Source: Balanoglossus misakiensis
Taxonomy: Eukaryota; Animalia; Hemichordata
Length of the DNA: 64,000 bases
Reading direction: 5' to 3'
Assembly (NCBI GenBank): GCA_040954595.2
Contig: CM082577.2
Coordinates: forward strand, 12,619,654-12,683,653
Below the pieces are notes generated by a model that was given only the letters and a program-made list of their open reading frames with translations, was not told the origin of the DNA and ran no database searches. The stretch's first letter is position 1. Each line of letters begins with the position of its first letter. Below, piece by piece: positions 25,541 through 40,300 of this stretch. The translations under genes and the position numbers were made by a program.

Positions 25541-28500
25541 CCCAGCAGGAATCAAACTGTACACAGGCAGGACCAACGTGGTTGTTTGGAGTGTGCCAAA
25601 ACCAGTTAGAGTGGGCTGTCGGTGACACTTCGATGCAGATATGAGAGAAACTCTCGCACTTTCTTTGGGACAGGTCAAAACTTAGCGTGATCGCGAAGTT
25701 GATAAGCGCATTTGTTCGAAAGGTCATGGGATCCGCTGGCAAGTTTGCTTCAACTGTGTCACCGTTGGTCGAACCGGTCAAGAACGCATCGACTTTCAGC
25801 AGATCCATCAGTTTACCAGACAGCAATCCTGTACTGTCAGATGCTGTGGTGATTGTAACTGACAGATAGAAATCATTCGGTACTCCCATAACAACATCAA
25901 TTGTTCCGCTAACTTGCAATGGGCTCTGAGTGTCCGGGGCCACTTGAACTAGATGAAAGGAATATAGGAGTTAACACAGAGAAATTCCACCAGGAGAACA
26001 ACTGCGATCACTCTAAGCTTCCATATTCCAAAATTCAAAATTTCCATTAAACAAAGACAAAAATGTGCAAAAAGTGCAACAATCTCTTGAAGCCTACCGA
26101 TACAGGTTCCGTTCACTGCCAGACAACCGGAAAGAACGTCGCCTCTAGACCATTTCCATGGAAACCCGGAGTTACCACCAGGGAATAAATCAACGCAGAT
26201 AAACTTGACGTCGTCACATCCGATATCAACCAAGTCTGTTTCCATGAAAGTAACGTTATACATGGATATTGATATGTTCGGTGAGATAGACAAGGTACCG
26301 GAAGTGACGTTGGTCGGTGGAGAAGTCACAAGAGCTGGGTCTTCCACGTTAGTCTTCAGGTTCAAATTCATGCCGAGTACATGGTTAACTTCACTGGAGA
26401 ACTGTGCTGTGTCCGGTCCAATCGCTATGCTAACGTCGAGGGAAAAGCGTTTCGATGAACCCATGACGAGGTCAACATTGCTGTTGGAACTAACACTCAC
26501 ATCGAGAGATAGTTCGTCGATTTGATCTGAAGGGAATAAGAAAGCTAAACGTTTATCTGATGATCCAGTAAACGTATATCTGCCAGCTTCATGTTCCATA
26601 GACAATCAATTTAAACATGTGCATCTGCTACAAATGCACTGCAGAATGCTACATGTGTCGAGTTGTATATCTACAAGGAAACGCACGAGAAAAAATTACC
26701 CGGAAATAGTTGCATCTCTGAAGCTCTGATTACGGTTAGAAACCATGATTTTAATTCTAACTCACGTGTACAAGTCGTCACCTCAACACAGTTTGTGATA
26801 CACCAGTCATCGTAGAGCCACAAAAAGGGGGCGTCCTTCATAGGAGAAATGTCGGCGCATACATACGGGTACGTTGCACAGCCGATATCACGGAGGTCGT
26901 AGGTCGCCATCAGGTTGTCCATGTTCACGTTGGAATTTGGAAGAATGACGGCCATTGTTGGCGAGATATGATCAGCTAAAACTTTCTTCGAGTGTGGATG
27001 CCCTGTTGCATTGGCGGAGAAGTAGAGCTGAACGTCGAATAAGATATCCTCCATACTTGTGTAGTTTCCCGTATCATTTCCGAGGTACAATTCAACGCCA
27101 ATACATAACAACTGTGATGTTCCCATGGTTACGTTCATGTCTGCAAACACTTGCATATCAATTGGATCAATGGGGTCTGTGAAGAAAAGATGAAAAACCA
27201 TTATGTATGAACATGGCATCGTGCATTGAAAACTTTCTGGTAATGGGTTATCCATGATTCTCTCGCCGGTACATTGCATGTAATGAGTATTAAATGTTCC
27301 GACTGATAGCTTACGTGTTTCTTAACCTGTAAAATAGAGTCACGCAAGTGTTGATACGGTACAAAAACGTCACAAATGTCATGACATCAATAAAATGTTT
27401 GATAGGGGCTGTGGGAACGTCACGACCTAATCATCATTATTGAACTTTTATACTCACAGAGACAATCTCCTATCTTTACACAGGCAGTTCTCTTCACGTC
27501 GCCTGTCCACTGCCAAACTTCTGTGTCAACTGGATAAATCTCAACACAAATGAAGTTGTAGTGGTTGCACGGTATAGGATCTAAGTTGGCCTGAACATCT
27601 ACCAGCACAGCCATATGATTTGAAAGTGTGACGTCACGTTCAGGTACAACAGCTGTTGTCCTGTGGGTCTGCGTTGCCCCCTCATCTCCCAGTGTTACGA
27701 GCGCTGACGTTTCTGTTGTATTGACACGCACGCCGGTTGTTTTGTCTGCACCACTGGAAGTCCCAGTTGCCATTGTTGTATTACCCAGAGAGCTATTCGT
27801 GGGAGCAGTCTCTTGGGAAGCTGTCGACGAAACCAAGTCACCCCCAGCCCCGCTGACGTCAGACACAGCCAGGAAAGCGTTGATCGAAAACAAATTCGCT
27901 GCAGTGTCCTCTACTGTTCGGCTGGCGTAAACAATCGGCAGTTCAACGTTCAAATGGAAGTCAATCTGCCGACCTTGCACAACATCCGGGATATAATCAG
28001 GATGGACGCGGAGGGTTGGAGTCGCACTGATCAGTGCTTCAAAGAGAAGGAGATTTGACCACGTCATTTTGTGCTAGTGTCTATTTTAGGGTTTAATAAT
28101 TAATGTTAGCAAAGGCAACGTGAGATGGGTAGTTTATATAGCTGTTGTTACAAAATTGCAGCCATTGGTGTTACTAACATGCCAAGTATCGTGTGATAAC
28201 GAACAGTGGCTAAAACTGGCCTACTGAGAAGAAGCAAAAAGACCAAGGGCAGATGGAAGCCAATCCATTTATATACGCACACGTATCTGTCATCGATGCC
28301 AACTAACAGCAACTACATGTATACCGTTTATACACATATTCGCACACAGTGTTAACGTTTTTAAATATATATTATAACTCGCGAATAATTGAAAATCCAA
28401 CAGAATATTGTAAAATTGTGTACTGCACATTTATTGAAACACTTTGGTCATCTTGACCATGGTAATACTTTTGGTATGTTAAATTAGAAAAGGAGATTAT

Positions 28501-30375
28501 GTTATCAATTACCTGGATCCGATGGTTGTGTTGTATGTAATGGCACGAGCGTTGTCTCAGGATTTCCAACGGACTGTCCCTTTTCACCAAGGCCGAACAT
28601 TTCACCTTGAGAAGGAATCAACATATGCATGTACTCAAATTGCCTATTATGAATATATACGAATTTTTTATAAATCAACGTGTGATTAAAGATGTTTGGA
28701 TATTTCGAAGAGCAATAAATTTTTACCAGCCTGCAAGAAAACTTGATAAAGGGAAGAAATTAAATGGTTGTTCTCTAACCGTGATTGAGATGGACAAAAA
28801 ATACATACCAGTAAAAAACCCACCCGCAGCACCACCACCAGCGAGTATCAGCCCTGTGGTGAGTAAGACCCCGATGATAACCTTCCGCCGCCGTTTTTGG
28901 CCCGTCTTGACATCGGTCTGTGAAGCAAACCAAAGATATATACATGTATTGTGACGGAAGCCTGGACGTTCCGCCTTTGAAAACCGGTAGCACAGACACA
29001 CCCGCCCGAGCCTCTCACAAACAGCACTGTCTTCACACACGGCGGTAGGAACTCGCCGGAAAGCAAACGTCTCGCCGAAGGTATCGGCCCACACCGAACT
29101 GCTACGGCGAACACCTCTAGATCTCGCGATCGGTGACCCGGGGCTGGCTATCCGGTAGGGATTAAACCGGACTAATCAGGAAACGTTGCACAGAGCCGAA
29201 ACTTGGGGCTAAACACGTGCCCCAGATCGCACTTCTGATTGGTGTAGAACCCACCAATGGGAGGATGGGGGAACCCCTCCATCCGTGTCAATCATACAAG
29301 ACAGCCCAGTAACGGTCACCATGGCAACACCACCACGAAAGTGAAGCCATACAAAACACCATGTAGAATAATAGATCACATGGAATAGCAATTCAATAAC
29401 AATAGGGAGAGAGGGAGGGAGAGAGAGGATTGAGAGGGGAGAGAGAGAGAGAGAAAGAGAGAGAGAGGGGGGGGAGAGATTATGCGTGTCGCTCGGCAAC
29501 ACTTGGTTTGAAAGGCGGTCGTCGTCTAGTCTGCGGCTGTTGGTAAGGGTCGCATGTAATACCCTTTCTAGCAGGACTTTTCTTACATGGGCGTACAATC
29601 TAACTGCTACAAAGTACAGAATTGAAAGCAATATGTTTGGTACTTTGTTATTACATTGTACATCACGGTAAACAATTCGTCGATTAGTCATCACATTCCA
29701 AGTTCATTTGATAAACATTTTGGTTAGCAAGGTCTCCCTGAACACTGGGAACAAGACATGAACATGACAGCTATAACATGAAAGGAATCCACACTCTGAG
29801 ATTTCCTTACAAGCCCCGTGTAATCTAAACATTATGCATCACTGTATACATATAGACAAAAGTTGTCTCAACATTGAATAACTGGGTAGCGACCATAAAT
29901 TGACTCACTGAATGTTCACTCTTGTCCATTTCACACGTGGTAGAGATTGAGTACAGTTTACAAGTATTTTAGCATGTTTCAAGCAGTAAAACACCATGAA
30001 AAGCTTTTCATTTTAAACAACATTCTCTTTAAGGTTGAAATTACTCGTGATGACTATTTTGCTCTGACTGAATTAGCTTGACGTAAGCTATTAAATTCTT
30101 TTAGAAATTGTTTTGACTGAACGATGAAAACTGCCTTATTAATACTGCACAATTGTTACAAGAAATTTCTCAAGTTTGGATGTACCATCAGGTCGACGTC
30201 GTCCTAAATCCGAAGACAGCTGTTTGTTTACCATGGCGAAAAACTTCATTTCAAACATTCATATCATGCAGTTATTACAGCCAGATGCTAAGCGGCTACA
30301 ATTCTACGTTTCAAGTCAATAATCGCCCTTTCCCCTTACCTTATCCCTAAATGGTGCTACTTTATTGTTTTTCAT
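25541..30375 (-). CDS. Putative type II membrane protein with four ~135-190-aa Cys-containing repeats; exons 30340-30375, 28809-28917, 28513-28605, 27458-28036, 26766-27176, 26098-26526, 25541-25948; probably continues into the PAN and hevein-like exons
   Basis: All exons are AG/GT bounded and phase-compatible; KRRRK followed by hydrophobic VIIGVLLTTGLILAGGGAAGGFF; each large exon ends in C-x4-5-[IV]C[VIA][ED][IVL]xP…W-x-[WY]…C…C. The first exon is the least certain. Confidence 0.8.
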
Positions 30376-31598
30376 CTCGGAGGTGAAATAACTTCAGTTT
30401 CGTCCCTTCCTTTCTATCACAGTGCTTCACTTTCGAGGAGCGCCTCTGACTTGGATCGACGTCGGCAAGTCTCGCGAAATCAAACAAGTGAATCTAGTTT
30501 TGTTCTCTGTTCTCAAAGTGACACGCAGCACATTTTGGATATTGCAAAGACTTGGAAAGTTTTGAGGGCTATTATGTTTATTGTCACCGACGGTTTTGTG
30601 ATACCACTTTGAACACAGGAAAAATTACTTTGGGCAGAAAAACGTAGCCAGGCAACACAAATTTAGTTTAGAATGGTAGAAAATGTTCATTTGTTCAGGT
30701 AAAATTATCTTAGTGGGAACCGATGGAACACTATTCACTATTTTAAGAAGGAACATAGCCCAGTGTGTCTTATTTCAATTGAGATTACTGCCATGTGTTG
30801 GGTAGAATGTATGCATTATTCATATAGCCTTTCCTAAGGTAATTGAATAGTTTAAAAATAATCCGCTCCGACGAATAAGAGGATTGAAGGTGCACCGGTT
30901 CATTATTTTCCACTTTGTCCATGCTAGAAGGTTCGCTCTCATGGGACGACATGGCTTGAAAGGGTGTTAAAAGCATGCCACAGGCCTGCCTACTCAAGTT
31001 GCGCACTTCATTTTTCTCCGGTGTTCTTATATTAGCAAGCCGCATTCTCTTTAAACCCCGGTGCGGGGTATAAAAGACCCCCCAAATCAGTGGCGAATCT
31101 TAATGCCGTTTGACTGACAACAGACAACACCAACGATCTTGGCTCTATGAAAATCGGCCGAAACAGGTCCAAGCATAAAGAATTACACCACACAACGACA
31201 GTAGTTGGCTTTATAAACACACACAACATAAAGTTATCGACGAAAAAGTACACGAGCTTATGAAACAACGATGATTTTGGGAGAAATCTGGTTTCAGTGC
31301 TTTTCAGAAGCGTCCCTGGGAAACAAAAACCACGCCATTCAAACAGTTGTCAATCGCGTGGAAGTGTGAAGTGTTCAATTATTTTCTGTGTACATGAGAG
31401 CAATTACACAGTCATTATGCACGACGACCACTCCCAAATAAACAACTATACAAACACACGTTAATCCGAACCCCATGACTTTCCGCACCAGGGTTTAAGT
31501 TGACAATTGAAATTTTTAATACACTTTCTTATACCCCCTCCCCGGAATCTTCCTACCATGCTTACTGGAGGAATATTGCCTGATGATGACGACAATGA

Positions 31599-31893
<295 letters not shown>

Positions 31894-32494
31894 GTAGTGA
31901 CCCACAGTACTGTAGAAAGTACAGTTTCATAGAAAATGTTAAAGTTCAAAACAATAATCATGTACTTGTGACCTTTAACCCTGCAGCCAAATATTATTCG
32001 GATTCACTCTGAATGTGAATCCATATTCCGTTTATCCTGAAGAATTTTTTGCTGCTGACGAGGACGAGGAACGTTTTCCTTATACCCATGGAAAATAGGG
32101 AATGAAAAGGTTGGGTTCTTCAGAAGAGTAATTGATTTTTTGTGTTGTTTTATAAACAACTGTAACAATTAAAGGCGTCCAAAAATATTTTAGGATATTT
32201 TTGAAAACCAAGTAATAAAGTTTTGACTGCCGAAGTTTAACATCATATTTCTTTGTAGAAAATATGACTGTGGAGAACGGTTATTTTTACACCGCTTTAC
32301 GAAGAGCTCTAACAAGTTTAGGGTCGGTGGGCCAAAATTAGGGTAGGTCGGGTAATCAGAATAAATATCGGCCATGTATGAAAATTCGTATTTAAGAATC
32401 TTGGTGATTTCAGACAACCCACATTCCAGTGTCTGAGTGTTAAACTTGACCAAAAAGTGCCATTAATGGAGGAAAAAGTGTAAATGTTAATTTC

Positions 32495-32642
32495 TGGCCA
32501 CTAGAGGGCGCTGACTTTTGTGATCCATATTGGAAAATGTCCGCCATGGATCAATGAATAATTATACTAAATTTCATGCTTTTAAACGGAAGTGCACAAT
32601 TTTAAAGTATGAATGTCTGTTTTCGGCCACTAGAGGGCGCTG
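32495..32642 (+). promoter_or_regulatory. Two CTCF-consensus-like motifs in a ~130-bp direct repeat
   Basis: GGCCACTAGAGGGCGCTG at 32496-32513 and 32625-32642. Motif match only. Confidence 0.4.
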
Positions 32643-34324
32643 TCATTTTGGATCCATATCAGAAAATGGCCGCCATGGGTCAATGCATAAGTGTACCAAG
32701 TTTCATGCTTTTACCCAAAGGGCACAATTATGCCAAAATTATGGGTTTAGCTCCTGCACTATCGCACCTGCTCAAATGTTCCTTCTATATGCAAATAGCT
32801 AGAGACTCAGTTCTGACTTACACAGACGGTAATGTCTGTTGTTTCATGTCGCCACCAACGGCAGTTTTGACAAATAAATGGTGACCTAATTAATATAACC
32901 CGCTTGCTCACCAAAAGGCCATAAAATGAACATTTATATCAAAACGCGTTTACATAACCAGACTATTCGCACCTGTTGATACAAACGTTCCTTTAGAATG
33001 CGCAGTCTCGAGTATGCGCATGTGCATTGTGTACGCTTGCGAAAAGGGGTCATCATACATACTGTCCTTGGTGACACTCGTCCATGCCAGCATGTCTCTT
33101 TGGTACCTCCAGACCATGATGCCAGGGTAATACCACCTGTCGTCTGTGGGGCCAAAGGTAGAGCAGCCTACTGCCCACTCGGACTTCGTGACCGCATTTC
33201 CCCTGCTGCTTCACACTGCACTAGACCAGCATCACGAACCATTGGAGTACGCCCCTTTTCATAGATCAAAAACTTTGTTATATCTTTTTGTCGAAAATCC
33301 TTTCCAGCTCCCGATACCCCCTGCTGCGATCACATTCCATCCCGACAAACTCGTGGACTGCATCCTTCTTTGATTTTGAAGTGTACAGATTGAAATATTT
33401 CATAATGATATTATCTGTTGCATTCGTTTGTCCGTTAGTTCAAAGTCCAATGTCCGCTGTCACAAACATTACAAGTAATGATGAAACACCAGAACTTAGT
33501 GTAATCTTCAAGGGTTAACCCCATTACTTATGTGGGGAGGGGGTAGTCATAGTCAAACGAAATACCCCATAAGTAAACTTTTACAAGCGAGTATAACAGT
33601 TCAATTACTTTCCCATTACGGAATTACTCATGATCGCACAAGTTTCATTTAAACAGTTAATGTTTATCTACTGTACAGTTTTATGGTCCTGTGAAACAGG
33701 CGATATTGGAACAGGGAAATTGAAATTTTGTCAAACGGAATAACGACTTGGTATCCAATACACTAGCATGTTGTCTTACACATAAATTTGGTTGATCGGG
33801 TGACAACTTTATTGGCTTTTACAAGCATAAAGTAAACTCGACATCAGAGAACATAAAACCAGTTGACCTAAATGTTGCAAATAAAATGCACACAGTCAAG
33901 TCATAAAAATACAGGGAAAGTAGACAGCTGGGTTAATCCTGTGATGTGTACCAAATATCATAGTGCAGAAAAAATCGAGGCATTAATTACGGTTTTACAT
34001 ATTCTATTCATGCCTTTCTGTTTGATACCTTCGGGGAGATACATGTAGGTCGGAAGCGGATAATTTAATCATAATGCAAAGACATTTCAATTGTGTGCCT
34101 TTCTATTGTAGATTAACAAAGCCGATTGAGTCCGCATGTGTATGTGTGTAACAACATTTTGATGGTGATTTGTGAATAAAATCATGTACAAATCACATTC
34201 AAGCGACACACAGTCAGAATTCAGTTTCATTTGCTTTTTATTGATTACTAAGTGTGACAGAGGCTAAATCAATTCCATAATCATGGAAACTAGCTACTAA
34301 GAATTTGGGGTTGATTTCACTCCA

Positions 34325-37300
34325 CTAGCCACAAACATTGCTCTTTCCCAGATCCGAATTAGCTGACATGTAGAGAGAAGCAGTATTCCAAGTAAAGACA
34401 TCTCCTCCAATTGAGCAGTCTTGTGCAACCATCGCAACTTGCCCATCTGTTAAAACTCTGGACCACATGTTGAATTGAGTGATGCTGCCAACAAATGCTT
34501 GTGATTTGTCATATCCACCTCTCCGGTCATCTTGGTCTTGACCTAACACCAATGTCCCACCAGTTCTTATAGTCTCACCAGACGCTAAACCTTTACCGCT
34601 GCGTAACAAGTCACCATCTTGGTAACTTGCCCAGTTTCCACCACTTGAGGACCATGTCACGCACATATGATGCCAGGCCCCATCATCTACTCCCAATCCT
34701 GTCTGAGCCCCTTTCTCTTTGACGTTCAGTGTCAGAGAGGTTGTACCAAAGAAGAGTAACTCGTTACAGCTGGATCTGCTGACACAGTAAGAAAGCAACG
34801 TTGCCGTTGCTTTTGGCGAAGAAGCTTTTACCCAGAGACACGCAGTCACAGCTCTTAAATCAGGGACATTGATTTGAACAGCAACGTCTGTTCTAGTGGA
34901 ACGCAATTCGAGAGTGTTTCCCTCACCTGAAACGTGGAAAGACAGAAAACCTTCTGTAATATAAAATGCAAAGACATTGAAGCTGTGGAATTTGGAATGA
35001 TTCTAATTTTAAAACAGGAGATTTTCAACTAACACTGAACTTACGTATATATTCGTCTATGTCAGGGGCATCGAATAGTTGAACACTAATTAAAAACATA
35101 ACTTACTGCAAACATTGCTCTTTCCCAGATCCGCATTAGCTGACATGTAGAGAGAAGCAGTATTCCATGTAAAGACATCTCCTCCAATTGAGCAGTCTTG
35201 TGCAACCATCGCAACCTGACAATCTGTTAAAACTCTGGACCACATGTTGAATTGAGTGATGCTGCCAACAAATGCCTGTGACACATCATATCCACCCCTC
35301 CGGTCATCCTGTTCTTGACCTAACACCAATGTCCCACCAGTTCTTATAGTCTCACCAGACGCTAAACCATCTCCACTCAGATACAAGTCACCATTATGGT
35401 AACTTGCCCACTTTCCACCACTTGAGGACCATGTTACACACATATGATGCCAGGCCCCATCATCTACACCCAATCCTGTCTGAGCGCCTTTCTCTTTGAC
35501 GTTCAGTGTCAGAGAGGTTGTACCAAAGAAGAGTAACTCGTTACAGCTGGATCTACTGACACAGTAAGAAACCAATGTTGCCGTTGCTTTTGGCGAAGAA
35601 GCTTTTACCCAGAGACACGCAGTCACAGCTCTTAAATCAGGGACATTGATTTGAACAGCAACGTCTGTTCTAGTTGAACGCAATTCGAGAGTGTTTCCCT
35701 CACCTGAAACGTGGGAAGACAATACCTTCTTTAAAGGGGAAATCCGCTGTAGCTGATTTCTACATAATTTGGTAGCTTTGATGTCTCTCTTTCAGAAAAA
35801 AACATATTCGCCATGTATAGGTCGCGCAATTTTTTACAAAATCTAGGGAAAGTTGGCAGAATTTCCAATACGGCGTTTACTGTAATTTGAATCATGGGAA
35901 AAAAGCGCCAGGACCAACTTCCGCCCACCTTGGTGTGGGTGATACCATTTTCCGATTGGTGTCACTGTGTCACAAGCTAAGCGTATTTGCATATTTTTCA
36001 TGGGTTATAGCTCATGAAAACTGTCAAGAGATGACAAATTTTCGACTTTGCTGATGATTGTTTATCAACTGATGCAAAGAACAAACAATAGCTATGAAAA
36101 TATGCCTAGTCTGTCGCCCAGTGACACCAATCGGAGAATGGTATCACCCACACCATGGTGGGCGGAAGTTGCTCCTGGCGCTTTTTTTCCCATGATTCAA
36201 ATTACAGTAAACGCCATATTGGAAATTCTGCCAACTTTCCCTAGATTTTGTAAAAAATCGCGCGACCTATACATAGCGAATATGTTTTTTTCTGAAAGAG
36301 AGACATCAAAGCTACCAAATTATGTAGAAATCAGCTACAGCGGATTTCCCCTTTAATATAAAATGCAAAGACATTGTAGCTGTTGAATTTGGAATGATTC
36401 TAAGTTTATAACAGCCGATTTTCAACTTGTATAGTATTTCCACATGCATTCTTCTATGTTAGGGACATTAAATAGTTGAACTCTAATTAAAAATATAACT
36501 TACTGCAAACATTGCTTTTTCCCAGATCCGCATTAGCTGACATGTAGAGAGAATCAGTATTCCATGTAAAGACATCTCCTCCAATTGAGCAGTCTTGTGC
36601 AACCATCGCAACTTGCCCATCTGTTAAGACTCTGGACCACATGTTGAATTGAGTGATGCTGCCAACAAATGCCTGTGACACATCATATCCACCCCTCCGG
36701 TCATCTTGATCTTGACCTAACACCAATGTCCCACCAGTTCTTATAGTCTCACCAGACGCTAAACCATCTCCACTCAGATACAAGTCACCATTATGGTAAC
36801 TTGCCCAGCTTCCACCACTTGAGGACCATGTCACGCACATATGATGCCAGGCCCCATCATCTACCCCCAATCCTGTCTGAGCGCCTTTGCCTTTGACGTT
36901 CAGTGTCAGAGAGGTTGTACCAAAGAAGAGTAACTCGTTGCAGCTGGATTTGCTGACACAGTAAGAAACCAACGTTGCCGTTGCTTTTGGCGAAGAAGCT
37001 TTTACCCAGAGACACGCAGTCACAGCTCTTAAATCAGGGACATTGATTTGAACAGCAACGTCTGTTCTAGTGGAACGCAATTCGAGAGTGTTTCCCTCAC
37101 CTGAAACGTGGAAAGACAGACAACTTTCTTTAATATAAAATGCAAAGACATCGTAGCTGTGGAATTTGGAATGATTCTAATTAGGGGCCCAAGCCTGGCT
37201 TGGCTTGGGTCCCTATTGGTTTCGTTGGAGTTTATCTTTGTTTCTTTCTTTCTTTCTTTATTCTTGTGGCAATTCTTTGCTCACCTAGATCTCTGAAACG

Positions 37301-40300
37301 GCTACAGGCACACTTCTCAAACTTGCGACAGTGGTCAAGGTCAGTGAGCTGCACTGACTCGTGAATAATTAATTAGTCACGTGACCTGGCGGCCATATTG
37401 GATTTTCTGAAAAAATGCAAATCTCAGATCTCAGAAACTACAAGTCAGATTGACTTCAAATTTGGTGTGCAGCTGGTACACCTTATGCCCATCATTTTTG
37501 TAATTGGATAGTATGTTGTCAAAGTTGCAGTTATTTTGCTACAATTTTTTTTCTGAAATCTGGTTTAAATTTCAAAAATCTTCTTCTCCAGAACCGGTGA
37601 TAACCGAGACACGGGGTTCAGGGTATGTGGTCATCTAACTGATGTCTATCAAGATTGCGAAGATCATTGTGATTGGTCGAAGATTGTGGCGGCCATATTG
37701 GATTTTCGAAAATCATAGTAAAATTTCAAAAATAATCTTCTCCAGAACGGGCAATAACCGAGTTGTGGGATTTGGGGTGTGTAGTCACCTAACTGGTGTC
37801 ATCAAGTTTGTGAAGAGCGTTGTGATTGGTCGCAGATTATGGAGGCCATATTGGATTTTTTGAAAACCGATTAAAAAGTAAAAATTCTCTTTCTAGCCTG
37901 AAAATTGATTACACAGAAATTCTTTTAATGGATATGAATCATCTTATGACAATAATCAGCTACAAATACTTTGGTAATTTTGACAATGACCTTTGACCTA
38001 CTTTTGACACAATTTTTCTGCATATCTAATTCCAGGCTAACCAATAGGGTTATTAGTTTGGTTTTTGATTTATGTGGATTTGTATGTGATAAAAATTTTT
38101 TGTTACTTTTCATGACCCCTTTGACCTCTGCTGACATCATTTAATATGCACATACCTAATTACAGATGAACCAATAAACCTATAGGTTTGGTTTTTGTTG
38201 GACATGTATCCGTATGGGGTTAAAATATTATGCCCAAGTTTTGGGTGACCTTTGACCTACTTTTGCATATCTCGTCATACACAGCAGATACAGCTTTGGC
38301 ATTTGGAGGGATGGCACTCCTAATTGAGTCTCACACTTTACCTCATTAATTATTCGCATATCTAAATCCAGGCCAACCAAAATGGTTGGGGGTCTGGTTT
38401 TTGTTGGACATTGGCAAGTAAATTTTGACCAAATTTGGAGTGACCTTTGACCTACATTCACATATCTCAGCACCAAACATACATACAGCCATGTTATTTC
38501 AAAGGATAAAACACCGATGACAGCATTATGTTTCTACGTATTAATTATGTGCATATCTAATTCCGGATCAGATAATAGAGCTTGAGCGCCGACAATGCTG
38601 CTTGCAGCTTTAATTTTATAACAGGCGATTTTCAACTTGTATAGTACTTTTGCATGCATTCTTCTATGTTAGGGACACTAAATAGTTGAACTCTAATTAA
38701 AAACATAACTTACTGCAAACATTGCTCTTTCCCAGATCCGCATTAGCTGACATGTAGAGAGAATCAGTATTCCATGTAAAGACATCTCCTCCAATTGAGC
38801 AGTCTTGTGCCACCATCGCAACTTGCCCATCTGTTAAGACTCTGGACCACATGTTAAATTGAGTGATGCTGCCAACAAATGCCTGTGACACATCATATCC
38901 ACCCCTCCGGTCATCTTGATCTTGACCTAACACCAATGTCCCACCAGTTCTTATAGTCTCACCAGACGCTAAACCATCTCCATTCAGATACAAGTCACCA
39001 TTATGGTAACTTGCCCAGTTTCCACCACTTGAGGACCATGTCACGCACATATGATGCCAGGTCCCATCATCTACCCCCAATCCTGTCTGAGCGCCTTTCT
39101 CTTTGACGTTCAGTGTCAGAGAGGTTGTACCAAAGAAGAGTAACTCGTTACAGCTGGATCTACTGACACAGTAAGAAACCAACGTTGCCGTTGCTTTTGG
39201 CGAAGAAGCTTTTACCCAGAGACACGCAGTCACAGCTCTTAAATCAGGGACATTGATTTGAACAGCAACGTCTGTTCTAGTGGAACGCAATTCGAGAGTG
39301 TTTCCCTCACCTGAAACGTGGAAAGGCAGAAAACCTTCTTTAATATAAAATGCAAAGACATTGTAGCTGTGGAATTTGGAATGATTCTAATTGTATAACA
39401 GAAGATTTTCAACTACCATTGTACTTTCGTATATATTCTTCTATGTCAGGGGCATCGGATAGTTTGACACTAATAAAAAACAAAACTTACTGCAAACATT
39501 GCTCTTTCCCAGCTCTGCATTAGCTGACATGTAGAGAGAAGCAGTATTCCAAGTAAAGACATCTCCTCCAATTGAGCAGTCTTGTGCTACCATCGCAACT
39601 TGCTCATCTGTTAAAACTCTGGACCACATGTTGAATTGAGTGATGCTGCCAACAAATGCCTGTGACATATCATATCCACCTCTCCGGTCATCTTGTTCTT
39701 GACCTAACACCAATGTCCCACCAGTTCTTATAGTCTCACCAGACGCTAAACCTTGACCGCTGCGTAACAAGTCACCATCTTGGTAACTTGCCCAGTTTCC
39801 ACCACTTGAGGACCATGTCACGCACATATGATGCCAGGCCCCATCATCTACCCCCAATCCTGTCTGAGCGCCTTTCCCTTTGACGTTCAGTGTCAGAGAG
39901 GTTGTACCAAAGAAGAGTAACTCGTTGCAGCTGGATTTGCTGACACAGTAAGAAAGCAACGTTGCCGTTGCTTTTGGCGAAGAAGCTTTTACCCAGAGAC
40001 ACGCAGTCACAGCTCTTAAATCAGGGACATTGATTTGAACAGCAACGTCTGTTCTAGTGGAACGCAATTCGAGAGTGTTTCCCTCACCTGAAACGTGGAA
40101 AGGCAGAAAACCTTCTTTAATATAAAATGCAAAGACATTGTAGCTGTGGAATTTGGAATGATTCTAATTTTATAACAGCCGATTTTCAACTTGTATAGTA
40201 TTTCCACATGCATTCTTCTATGTTAGGGACACTAAATAGTTGAACACTAGTTAAAAACATAACTTACTGCAAACATTGCTCTTTCCCAGATCCGCATTAG

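Noticed and set aside
32934-33500. Coding-like minus-strand stretch (…DDRWYYPGIMVWRYQRD…)
   Set aside because: Interrupted by stops and I could not assign a family or exon structure; possibly a degraded gene fragment.
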